Origin: Octopus vulgaris
Lineage: Eukaryota
Reading direction: 5' to 3'
Assembly (NCBI GenBank): GCA_951406725.2
Contig: OX597816.1
Span: 118,296,001 to 118,360,000 of the forward strand
DNA length: 64,000 nucleotides
Shown: piece after piece, positions 43,312-56,274 of the stretch
Numbering within the stretch: position 1 is the first letter of the stretch
How the letters are laid out: each line of letters begins with the position of its first letter
Made by a program: the position numbers and the translations under genes
The notes under the pieces: model-generated
Seen by the model: the letters and a program-made list of their open reading frames with translations, nothing else
Told to the model about the DNA's origin: nothing
Database searches by the model: none

Positions 43312-46300
43312 GGACAATTATTATTATTATTATTATTATTATTAAAAAGGTAGGCAAGGCAGTGAGTTAGTAGAATCATTAACACATTAGACAAAATGCT
43401 TAGCAGCATATCTTCCTACCTTAGGTTCTAAGTTCAAATTCTGAGGTCAACTGCATTTCATCTTTTTGGGGTCAATAAAATAAATACCAGTCAATTACAT
43501 CAGGTGCTGATGTAATTGACTCCCATCCCACCCCCAAAAACTGCTGGTCCAGTGCCAAAATTTGAAACTATTACAATGGATAGATTCTGAGTTCAAATTC
43601 TGCTAGAGCAGATTTTGTATTTCATCTTTTTGGGGTTCAATAAAATAAGTACCAGTCAAGTACTGGGGTTAATGTAATTGACTATCACCCCATCTCAAAA
43701 ACTGCTGGGCCAGTACCAAAATTCGAAACCATTATTAAAACGGTGAGTTCAAGTCTTGATAAGATTGTTTTGCCTTTCACTTTTCCAGGACCAATAAAGT
43801 AAGTATCAACCATATTACTAGGATCAGCTAAGTTGACTCACCCCTAAAGAAACTGTGACCTTGTACCAATGTTGACCACAATAGAATTTGAACTCAGAGC
43901 ACACAGAGTCAAAACAAATACCATGAAATATTCTATCTGCTGCAGCTCTAACAATTCTGCCAGTTCACATTATTCTTTGTGTTGGTCCTTTAAATCCTTT
44001 TGCATTTAAAACAGCCATAACCAACCTAAACATTCTATTTGATATTCTACATTCAAACAGGCCAGATCTGATCTTTCACACCTTCTATACAATGTCTTTC
44101 TAAAAATAACAAACACATCCTCAAAATATCAAAGCTACAAGATAATGAATCATTAATTCAAAACAATGAGAATAAATAAGCATTACATTTGACAAGAGTA
44201 ATCTGAATACCAAAGAGTTACGATAGGTTGCAATCTGAAGGAAACTTGACTTCTATTTCTAGCAGGTCAAGTGACAACACAGAAGCTCCCTTGTTGATTC
44301 ATATAGCAAAGATTAAGATCATTGTTAGAGAATTATAACTAATAATCTGAACTTCCATTGAATAGACTAAATTTTATGACATTTACCTTAAGCATCTCAA
44401 ACGTTGCTCTCAATACCAGACCAGTTCATAACAAAACAGACTCTTACTTTAACATTTATCCTCATTCTAACCAACATCTTAGCAAAGCACGCTTGCTTAA
44501 TCTAGTTGAGACCATTTTTACCATGAATAATATTGCAATTATCTTATTTAGTGATTGTGTTGTTGCATTTTTTGTGCTCAAAATCTAGAATCTCTTCAAC
44601 ACTGTACATCTCATTCCCCCATGATTTCTGAGAACTAATTTATTTCACGGAAATCAAAATTGCAAAATTTATAAAATAAACCCAGCAACAGTGATTTAGG
44701 CGATGTGATTGGCTTAATGCTAATAAATGCTTAAATGTCTTAATCCAAGAAGTGGATGCCAAAATCTGAGCTTGTATGTACGTGTACATATATTCTATTA
44801 TCAGGTCTGGCCTCTGTGTGTGTGTGTATAATGTATTTGGGTCTCCCTAGAGACAAAGAGCTAATCAGCAATAGCATTAGAGTTACAATTCTAACAATCA
44901 AACTTAGACAATTCTGAATCTAGTTGGAAAGAATATGTAAAATATTTTTGAAATTCATGTAGAAGATTCAAAACAAAAACAAAATGAAAATATTAAAAAA
45001 AATTAACAAAAGAAAAACAGAGCCTGATTCCACAGTTTTGTCCATGACATTTGTTTTTGAACCAGTGTTCAACATTTCTTTGTAAATTCTTCTTTTTCAG
45101 TAAAAACAAAACATATACAAACAACAAATATGGAATAAGCTGGCATTGTTGATAAATTAGCTTTTACTTTCTATTGATATGTTTTTAGTTATCCAATGTG
45201 ACAGGATGAAGCCAGTTTTCAATATGGAATATTCTGACACATTTCTAAACAACTATTATTTATTAACAACATGAATACGTTTAAAAATATCCAATTCTTT
45301 TCAACAGGTCTTAACCAAATTCTTAAAATACCAACATAAAATAATGGTATATTTCACCACAAAAGACTGATCTAGAAGGATAGCTAGCTGGCAGGTTAGT
45401 CTGCATGATTGTGTGTATGTGCAATTTTGTGTGCAATGCATGTTTATGAATTTATAAGTTGTAATATAATTGGTATACAAAAAATTATGCAGCGTGATTT
45501 TTTTTCTTCTTTCAGTTATGTAAAAAACATACTTATGATGATAAAAAACACAGAACTGTTGCCTGATGTAACAATTATTCCTATACAGATGAATTATGTA
45601 ATAAAATTAATTCCACGTGATAAGTTTCAAAACCAAGAATATTTTGTATACAAAAGCAGCTGGTAGTTAGGAATATAGTGCATGAAATGGAAGGAAGGAC
45701 AAGAAGTATTGGGGGGGACCATCCAGTGACTGACATTAACTAACAGGAAAGGTGAGTGAGTGAGAGAGAGAGAGAAAGTGACAGACAGACAGAGAGAGGC
45801 TAAAGAGAAAAGAAAGATGAATCAAGCAATGACTGAGCCACTGTTGTTGTTGTTTATCTGAAAGTCAGTCTTGATTGAGTAGATTGAGGCATTCCAGCTG
45901 AAGCCATCCATTTTGTTTTGCTTTTTTTTTCTTCCCTTATAAACTTCATTATCTCATATGCATGTGCATGCTTCAAGATGACAGAGTGAGATTTGAGGGT
46001 GAGTTATCTGCTATTTCTAGCAAGTAGAAGTTCCGTAGTTGGCTGGCAGATGCTTGTTTTATATAGGTAGAGAGAACAAGGGAAGAAAGTGGAAATGTCT
46101 GAGCAACAAGGAAACAAAATAAAAGACTGATGCAAAATTGATTTGTCAGACTTCCCTAAATACTTTCAAACTAAATAAGGAAAGAATCAAGCCAACAGAA
46201 GAGTCTCAACCTGCTATAAAGAGTAGCAAAATCTTCTTCAATGCATTTTAAAGCTGATCAATCATCAAAGATGTTCCAGCCCTGATTATGGTCAATGAAA

Positions 46301-49300
46301 AAAAAATGTATTGGACAGCATTGTCCAATGTGTGCTGCACATTGTAATTCAAGGGACATTTCACAACTATTTCCAGCAGCTCACATGACCAAGTAGAAAA
46401 TAATTTTTCTGTGTTGACAAAGTCTGGGAATACTGCAACATATTTAAAAAGTCTTTAAAAAATTCAAGACTCTAAAATTTAACTAAAGATATATAATAGT
46501 TGTTATTCAACAACTTAATAATGGTTTCACATTTTGGCACAAGGCCAGCAATTTATTGGGGAGGGGCTAGCAGATTTCACTTCCTCCAGTCCTCAACTGG
46601 TGCTTATTTTATCAACAATGAAAGGATGAAAAGCAAATTTGAACTCAGAATGTAAAGGTAGATGAAATGCTACTAAGCATTTTGTCTGACATGTTTAAAG
46701 TTCTGCCAGTTTGCTACTTTATTCAGCAATTTAATAATAAAATTCAAAGAATTATTGTAAAGAAGATACAGTATGCCCCATAGAGTTGTTTGCTAAAGTT
46801 CAAACTCAATCCTGACTGCTCAAACCCAGGATCAGAGGTATTCCAGTTGTGACCATCTCATCTTTCATTTAATCATTTGAGTACAAGGACAACATTATCC
46901 AAGGTGTCTATTTTTATAGTAGTAAGGTATAATTTGAAAGAGACCTGGTTACTATTTCTAGCAGATTGAGCGGCCATACAGAGGCATTCTTTTTGTCACA
47001 AACTCCATAAAAGTAGTGATTTAGAGTAAATAATCTCTTAATTTTGATTTTCTATAGCATCTTTTCTCTTAATTTTATTAATATTACTGTGACCCTTAGG
47101 GAAGGACATAAACATCACAAATCTATCTTCCACTATCTCTGCTCTCTCTCTCTCATGAACCTCAACAAAGCCAGTCAACAATGAATGGATGTCACTAATT
47201 AAAAATAATCAAACAGGAACCATTTGAGCTTTTCTTTTATCCGAGTGAAATTGTGCCATTTACTTTAATGAAAAGAATTTCTTTCTTTTTTTTTTTTAGT
47301 AAAATAAAATACCATCTCTTCTGCTGCCTCAAGCAAACTGTCTATTTATTACAGTTACACGAGTTCAATAATATATCAATTGATTGGTTGTTTGATGAGA
47401 GATATTAGGGAATTATACACTTCAAGAAACGGCTGGTAAATTGCATTTGTCTCTGAAGTATAATAAAGATCCATGAAACGCAGAGGTGTCAGAGGTGGGT
47501 GGGATTACTAGCAGACAAAAATTGAAACTAAGTCAGGGAGTAAAATTTGGTGATTACGTTTAAGCTTAGAAATGCTATTTCAATATAATTCCCAATTTGT
47601 TCTTTGTCTATTGTTGAAGCCATGTAAAGATCAGCTAAGTCATACTCTTTCCTTTGATATTAGAAACAACTCAAAAGAACTAATAGATCAAACATGCTCT
47701 CTCTCTCTCTCTCTCTCTCTGACACATGCACACATACAATATTATCAAACCAAAGAAACTAATGTTGTAATAAAAAGTCCCTCTTCACCAGACTGTTAAG
47801 AGTCATACAATTGTTTCTGACTATTTAAAAGGTCAAAACTTATGTGAATGACTGATTGACTAAATGTTTACACACACAAATCTAAACTATGACTGTTTGG
47901 CTAGCTGGCTGGCCACATTCCTTCACTCACACATGCAAACATTCATACAGACAAACACTAACACATGCACACATTCAAACACACAGACACTAACACATGC
48001 ACACACTCCTACACACTGACACCTCATTATATATACACACACATTCTCGTACAGTATTGTAAATGCACACAAACACTTGCATACACTGTATACAGTAAAG
48101 AGACATTCTTATAAATGCACATATACAAAGTCGCTCTAGTACAGACATGCACATATATGCTCTCGTACATGCATGTGTAAACACAAACAGCTGTAGGTGC
48201 ACACGCATAGGCTCTTGTACATACACTCATATATTTATTTTTACTCACACACACACACACATGCAAGCACTGCAACATGCATACTCACACACTCTCATAC
48301 ACAAAAATACATGCTCATACATACAAAGACTGTCGCACTCTACTTTCTGGCAATAAAAGTCAGATTTTTCAGACCAAAATTTACAAAATAAAAAAAAAAA
48401 TGCATAGGTTGACTTATACCCCAAGAGGACTTAGGAAGATCAAAAGTTCCATGTGAAATGTCGCAGAATTTGGAAAGATTTAGTGATGATGTTTGAATAT
48501 TTACACCTCACATTTGCACAATATACTACATCAACTTAAATACCGCAAAAAATGGTAGGCACACACTTGCTTCTAACAGGACTTCAACTTTTATGCGAAA
48601 AGCTTAGTAGCACATAAAATATAAGCAATTGTACAAATCAGCAACTGAACCTAAGACTAGTTGGCAAAATTAGAAATTGGCTGTTACACCTACTAACAAA
48701 TAAACTAATAAACACCAGGCCTTGTGTGAAAACAACAAACTCACTGACCTCCCAAGATAAAGGTGAGTGAACATTGACACAAATACAGATATGTGCATGA
48801 GGATAATAATAGGAAACAAATCGGTCAATTCACACCTTTAACATTAGAAACAAGGGATGTATTTAATCAATCCATATGAATGATTAAGGATATTTTTCTT
48901 TTTCTTATACTCAAGTCTGTGTGTGTGTGTTTGTGCACGCACATTCTCTTTTATTCATTTCTTGTTTCAGTCATTGGACAGCAGCCATGCTGGAGCACCA
49001 CCTTCGAGGAGTTTTTTTGTCAAACACATCAACTTACATCAGCTCCTATACTCATTTCAGCCTAGTATTTCTACTATCGAATTTTGATAAGTTACATATT
49101 TAACAGGAAAAAAAACAACTTCACCCATACTTTTACACCAATAAATTCACATAAGCACACAAACACACACACACATACACGTACATGTGTGTATGCATGC
49201 TCGTGTGCATATATGCCTGTGTTAGTTTGCGTATCCTAGTTTTAGAATAGGTATGCCTCATCCTTGCATGCTGTAAGAGGCAACTACAAGTGTTGGTGAG

Positions 49301-49743
49301 AAGAAGGGCACCCAGTTGATTAAACACTGCTTCAGAACCATCTAATCAAACACAACCCATACCAGCATGGAAAAGTGAATGAATGACACTAATGATGATA
49401 TAGGATGGGTTTCTATTACTGTTTTTGCGTACCTAATTTCACTCATATGGTGGTAGTTAAACCCAAGGCTACAGTAGAGAAGACACTCATACAAACTGTC
49501 ACAGAGTGGGATTGAGCTTGGAACAAGCAGTTACAAACTTTTAGACTAAGCAGCTATAAATGCACTACTATGTAAATGTGTATACCAGAGTTAAGTGCCT
49601 CAACAAGTTATTTCTCTTTATGAAAGATAATAGGTTAATATATATATATTACTATCATAAATATGAGGCGAATAAATTAAAATAATTTATTACTAGTGGT
49701 TAGCATGCATAAATAAAAATTTTAAGACAAAACATTTTTTAAA

Positions 49744-50036
49744 ATATAAGAGTGCATAAAATATTCTTATGCACAAAGAGACCATTGACAAGACTCCTTA
49801 CATGCTAAAAAGGCAATGCTAAAAAGGCAATGCTAAAAAGGCCAGTTAAAACCCAAATCACGAAAAAGAGAATTTGTGAGGCACGCCAATTTTTTTTGTT
49901 CGTTCTGGCGTTATAATTGGCATACCTCATGAATTCTCTTTTTTGTGGATTGGGTTTTAACTGGATTTTTTAGCATGTAAGGAGTCCTGTCAATGGTCTC
50001 CTCTTTGTGCATAAAAATATTTTATACACTCATATA
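49744..50036. mobile_element. Palindromic MITE / fold-back element
   Basis: 49744-49891 versus 49915-50036 form an imperfect inverted repeat with TA-rich flanks. The left arm has a 14-bp triplication. Confidence 0.8.
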
Positions 50037-51111
50037 TATATATACACAGAACAAAAGTATACATAAGCAGACAATAGGCATCAGGTCAAATTATGACATA
50101 TTTATACGTATACAGGGTGGAAAGATTACACAAAGCAGGAAGTCAGGAAAAGTCTTGACTGTGGAGTGTTCTTAATGTTTGCTATGTAAACAGGTAGACA
50201 GCAGGATAAGGCACAAAGGAAATCTGTAGTGTTGCTATGGCATAGTTTGGTAGGTAGGTGAATAGTGACACAAGTAAAAACTTTCTAAATGCACAAATTT
50301 GACCAGGGTGCTAATTGTATGTACCTATTGTCCTCCATCATTGCACATTATACTACCCAAAAAAATCCAACCCATGCCAGCATGGAAAACAGATGTTAAA
50401 TGATGATGATGATATATGAAATTGAAAAATAAGTACTAGTGGAGTGGGGGTCAATATGGTTGACTAAAAGGAATTGAGGGAGGTCCCTGAGCATGGCTGC
50501 AGTCAAAAAGAAGGGATGGTATTATGCAATGTTTATGCTTTTCCCTAGGAGTGTTAGGGAATGAGTATTAAAAGAGGTTTTGACAGGAAATAAATTTAGA
50601 ATACAAGAGTCCAAACTGAATAGCATCAACCATTTTAGTTTAGTCAAAACACTCACTGCCACTTGAAATGTCAAAAAATTATTTTAGTAGAGAATATAAG
50701 CAGTTAACCAACATCATGATGCATATCTACAGAAATTATGAGCCATATTGTGGTATATTGTGTTCTTCCAGCTACAAAATACCAACAAATTATAAAATAA
50801 TTCTCTGGGTGTGAAATACTAAATTGCTGTCATTCTGTTTCTAACTGCTGAATATTTCACACAATAAAAAGAAAAAAATTGTTAAACTTATAAGTAACAT
50901 AGTAAGGTGTAAAAATAAGAAAAATATTGATTGTTTAGTAAATTGAGAATATTCAGATATTTACATGGCTATGTGAAGCTAAGCTGTTTATCTAACAGCT
51001 GGATATCCTTCACTCAGGCAATGAAACATTAGAGGTAGACATTTTCAGTTAGGTTTGGCTGATGATGTGCTTAGCTTCAATAAACATATTTGTATGTGTG
51101 CGCACTCACAC

Positions 51112-51169
<58 letters not shown>

Positions 51170-52826
51170 ATGTGCACACATGCATGTGTGTGGTCTTTCA
51201 TTTATAACAGTGATTCTCAAACAAACAAATACCAGCCACTATCACATCCCCCGCACCAAATATTAGTGACATTTTTTAGCCACTCCATTATATTTTTAAT
51301 CTTTTAGTCAAGAGAGAAGGACAGTGTCCATGACCTATTATAAGGCTTCCATTATCAGAAGGTGGATGAGAAGATGGCATCATGAAACCAGAAGCCTGGC
51401 CTGAATAGTTGCAACAATGGACACTCCTAACAGCAGCATGCGAGATGGCAGTATTGACCCTTTTGATATCGACCAACCTGAGACCATCTCTGTTAGTTAT
51501 GATACAAAATTTACATCAAAATTCTATGTTGATTTACATTCCAAACACCAATTTAATAATGACAAAGCTTATTTTACTAAATTCTTCATTATTTTCAAAA
51601 TTAATAGAAAGAACAGCAGTGTATTTCAAAAGAAATATGATAACAAAAGGGTTAAACTGCACAATGGGTTAAATCTACCCAAATAGGTCATGGCAGGATT
51701 TGAACTCAGAATGCAATGAGCCAGAACAAATAACACAAGGCATTCAACCTGGCTTTCTTGCAGATCCATTCACTACCTCAGATTGACATTTTTTGTATAT
51801 GTAACCTTAAAAGGATAAAAAGCAAAGTTGACTTCAAAATGACTTGAACTCACAACACAATGAGTTGAAATAAATACTGCAAAATATTTTGCTTGATGCT
51901 CTAACAACTCTGTAACTTATTAAATTCTGGCTGTCAAGCTTGTACCATTATAGTTGTCATAACTCAGGTATATATTTCTATAAGAAGTTGCACACATCTA
52001 AACTTTGACAGATGGAAAGATGAGGTAAATGATCCCTACTGAGTCTTCAATAAAAGACAGAACTAGTTAATTCAATCCTTGCTATGTTGCCAAAGCCTTT
52101 GTGGTTTATCCACAAGTTATTTCACGGCAAGACAAAATGTACATCTATTAAACATATTTTATATGACTGCTTCGTAGCAGCAGTTTTTAGCAATCAATCT
52201 AATAAAATTTAGTCTTTTATTACGAATTTTAATCTTTGATACAAAAGAATAATTACGAAAGACTAAAGTTAGCACTTAATAACAATACAATTTGAAGCAC
52301 AAAGATATTGGTAATGAGAAGTAGGAGAACACTTGGAAAAGAAATTTTAATTAAAATTCTATCTTCCTGAATCATTACACATAGAAAAGAAATACAAGAC
52401 AGCATGCTGCAACACTCTGCTTTCCCCACCATTGCTTGCACTACAGACTGAACTAAGTATTGACCAGAGAAAAATTTGGTCAATTGGATTTAATCATTTC
52501 CCCTCTAACCTTCATCACTGATAGTGTAGTCATGTCATGACATGACATGATATATGGGATACGATATGCTATGATGTATGGTTATGATATCTACGGCACC
52601 AGAACCTTCAGTCTTGGTAACTGAAGCAATGTTGCTAGCTATTATATCATCCAATAAACAAATAATGCATCAGTTGACTTAACTAGATATTGGTTAACTT
52701 GTGTGAACAAAACACTGACTCAATAACTAACACTCTACCGACACTGAGTGGTGTATGCATGTACCAGTGTACAGATACACACACACAGGTTTGGTGAAAC
52801 TTAAGAGTATATATATATGATTTGGC

Positions 52827-52939
52827 TGTAAAGTTACATAAGTAACTCAAGGGCCAGGAACTTCATGCACAGCACACATCAATATTGATAGTCCAAAGAA
52901 TGAAACTCTTGACCCTTCAATCACTTATGTAACTTTACA
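52827..52939. repeat. Short hairpin/MITE with ~40-bp inverted ends
   Basis: tgtaaagttacataagt...acttatgtaactttaca is a perfect 17-bp match that extends imperfectly inward. Confidence 0.7.
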
Positions 52940-53725
52940 TAAGTGTATATGTGTGTGTGTATGTATATATATATATATATATATATAATGTGTGTATAAG
53001 TATGCGTATTTGTGTGTGCATACACACACACACACACGCATTTACTATTTTATTGTGTTTCAGTCATTTGATTGTGGTGTAGCTCTGCTGGAGCGCCACC
53101 TTCAAGAAAATAGTTGATTCCACAGATGCCAGTTATTATTTTATCATCCATGGAAAGAGAAAAAGCAAAAAGAATCTGGGTAAAATTTGAATTCTGAACA
53201 TAAAGTAGCATAACCAAATACTGCACAGTGTTATGTCTGATGCTCTACTGATTCTACTTCCTGTCTTGTAGACAGACAGACAGGTCATCATTATCCTCAT
53301 CATTGTTTCAATGTCCACTTTTCCCCTACTTGAATCAGATGGAATTCAGTAAAGCAGATTTTCTACCCTCAGATACCCTTCCTGTTGACAACCCTCACCT
53401 GTTTCCAAGCAAGGTAATATTTCCCCTTGGTTGGGCAACTTTTCAAAGAAGACAAGTAAAGAATGACACTGCTTATGTCAGTGACATTCACTTACAGCTA
53501 ATATGTGATGTCAAGACAAGAAGTCTCATGTGTGCATGCAGACACACACATATAATGGGCTTCTTTCAGTTTCCATCTACCAAAACCACTCACAGAGAAC
53601 TGGTCAACCTGGGACTATAGTAGAGGATGCTTGTCCAAGATCACATACAGAAACAGACAGAACAAGAAAAAAAAACACAGGAAAAAGAAAAATGAGACAA
53701 AATCAGAAAATCTTGAGTTGTTTAC

Positions 53726-53785
53726 CTTAAAACTCTCCCGAGATTTGTCTTGTAATCTATCAATAGCAGAAATTTTCGGCCTCTC
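53726..53785 (-). CDS. Candidate 60-nt internal coding exon (ERPKISAIDRLQDKSRESFK)
   Basis: Strong acceptor ttttattcttcttttcag|, donor AAG|gtaaac, length divisible by 3, stop-free frame with protein-like composition, unique sequence between repeats. Confidence 0.55.
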
Positions 53786-53869
53786 CTGAAAAGAAGAATA
53801 AAACGTAACTTGCAAGTTGTATCTTGCTAATGTTCTTTCTACAAGTATGTAAATATCTGTAGTTGTGTG

Positions 53870-54185
53870 ACTGAGTGGTTACATGAGTGAGAGGTCACAT
53901 GAGGGAATAGCTGGTGGCATGAGAGAGTGATTGCATAAGTGAGCGGTTGTGTAAGTGGCCACATCAGTAAGCAGCCACATGAGTGAATGGCTGGTTGCAT
54001 GAGTGAGTGGCCATGTGAGCAAGCAGCCACATGAGCAAGCTGCCGCATGAACAAGAGACCGCTTAAGTAAGTGACTACATGAGTGGGCAGCTGCATGAGC
54101 AAGTGGCCACATGAATGAGTAAGCAACTACATGAGCAAGCGGCTGCATTAGTGAGCAGCCACGAGTGAGTGAGTATCTGCATGAG
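53870..54185 (+). repeat. Degenerate 16-bp minisatellite (consensus ~aagcagccacatgagy)
   Basis: Successive units such as aagcagccacatgagc, aagctgccgcatgaac, aagtgactacatgagt and gggcagctgcatgagc. Confidence 0.8.
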
Positions 54186-55037
54186 TGAATGGTTGTGCGA
54201 GATGGTGTATGAGAGAGAGGATAAGTGAAGTAGTGTGTGAGGTAGTGAATGCCTGTTTGTATGAGTGTGTGGCAGAGAGGAAGAGAATGAGTGTGAGTGG
54301 GTGGGTATGTATAAGAGTGAGTTGGTGAAAGTGAATGAGTTGTTATGTGGGGGTCAGTGGGCAAGTAGGTGAGTATGTGAGAGGGTGGATATGTAAGTGA
54401 GTAAATGAGTAGAAGAAAGTGGGTACCTGAGAATGTGGGAGTAAGGAATTGTGTGTGTGTGTGTGTGTGCGCGCATGTATAAGCATGTGTGCTAGCCAGG
54501 ATATATGTGTATATGTGCATGTGTCAATCTCTATGTGCATGTCACCATGGGCAGAGGTTAGCATGTGTATGCAAGTATGTGTATATGTAGGCATAAATGT
54601 GTGTGTGTGTAAATACAAGTATGATTGTGTGTACATGTACGCATCATGTGAGTATGAGTGTGCATGTGTGCAAGCAAGAGTGTGTATGCATACAAGTATG
54701 AGTGTATGCACGTACAAGTAATGTATATGCGCAATTATAACATAAGGCAGCACTGACATTTGTGTCATTTCAGCATCTTTCATCATGATAATTGATATTA
54801 CTGATTTCTTACATAAATGGAAAATTGCAGACATCTGAGAGGGACATTCATGCCTATTCCACACATAACTAGCAACGTAGGTGAAAATATTTAACTGGGA
54901 CTTAGAAACCTGATTGCAGTCTCCGTTTGACAATAATAACTTATTGTCAAATTCAATGATCCCTGCCAAATTGAAACTTACGAACCACAAAGCTGCCTAG
55001 ATGTGTAAAGGGATTCCTCCAACCCACTGAATGCCCT

Positions 55038-55434
55038 TTAAGCCTTTTGTTATTATATTTCTGATGAAAAACGGTCTTTATTCCAATGTATATTGAATAT
55101 TATGAAGAATTTATCAAAATAATTTTTATCAATATTCAGCTCGTGTTTGAAATATAAATTTATATCTTTATGAAAGATTTTATTTCATTTCACTTTAACT
55201 CTTTAATATTCTGATTACTCTGTCAAGTGTAATGCATATTTATTCACATTGTTTTGAATTAAATCATGTATTATCTTGTAGCTTTGAAATTTGGTAGATC
55301 TGGTCAATTTGAACATAAAACAGATAGAATATTTTGGCCAGATATGGGCAGTTTAAATGCTAAAGGGTTAAATTAGGAAGTTTGTACTGTAGAAATAAGG
55401 ACAGTCTCAGGCGAGTTGGTTTCAAAAGGGTTAA
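55038..55434. mobile_element. P2 MITE with a P1 MITE nested at an internal TTAA (55195-55371)
   Basis: Outer ttaa-gcctttt...aaaagggttaa; inner ttaactcttta...taaagggttaa with the TTAA duplicated. Confidence 0.8.
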
Positions 55435-55879
55435 AAATATAATTTGAGCTATGCTTAGTGTGTAAAACTACATAGCCACATTCCATAACAAGGTTACATG
55501 TGGTGATTTTAGTTCATTGGATGGGAATTTTCCATAAAAGGTTTTTATCATGTTTTAATATATACATGTTAAACTAAAACCAATTTTTGTAACTCCTAGT
55601 TCTATAAAAGTCAAGATTATAAGGGTTTCTGCTTGGCGATAAGAATGATATTCCAACAGGTTCAGAAGTATTAGAGCCTGGTACTTACTACTGAGAGTAT
55701 ACTGCTCAATAGTCTTTTAACAACCATCACAAAAATTACCAGTGCAATAATGCTGCTAAGCACACAATCTTGCTTATTAAAATTCAAGCAATCCGTATCT
55801 TAAAACAGCTAGACACTGTTAATTAATCACCCACTATGATATGCATCAGATGTTTCGCACTAGTGTAGGATAAACACTA

Positions 55880-56027
55880 GGCACAGGCATAGCTGTGTGG
55901 TAAGAAGCTTGCTTCCCAACTACATGGTTCCAGGTTCAATCCCACTTGAGCAAATGTCTTCTACTATAGCCTCGGGCCAACCAAAGCCTTGTGAGTGAAT
56001 CTGGTAGATGGAAACTGAAAGAAGCCT

Positions 56028-56067
<40 letters not shown>

Positions 56068-56274
56068 TGTATGTATGTATGTATCTGTATCCCATCCACC
56101 ATCCCTTGACAACCAATGTTGGTGTGTTAATGTCCCCGTAACTTAGCAGTTCGGCAGAAGAGACCGAGAGAATAAGTACTAGGCTGACAAAGAATAAGTC
56201 CTAGAGTCGATTTGTTCAACTAAAAGTGGTGCTCCAGCATGGCCACAGTCAAATGACTGAAACAAGAGTAAAAG
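55880..56274 (+). mobile_element. Near full-length tRNA-derived SINE (family A)
   Basis: Pol III A-box-like tagctgtgtgg (~55890) and B-box-like ggttcaatccc (~55933), central (TG)n/(TATG)n, and the 3' block gtgctccagcatggccacagtcaaatgactgaaac. Confidence 0.85.

Larger units (their letters stand above)
40992..43870 (+). mobile_element. Array of ~8 family B SINE copies interleaved with other elements
   Basis: Family B cores start at ~40992, 41215, 42140, 42365, 42880, 43357, 43580 and 43745. Confidence 0.7.

Noticed and set aside
55880-55950. Possible tRNA genes (also 60070-60145)
   Set aside because: A/B boxes continue into SINE bodies and tails, and no full cloverleaf forms.
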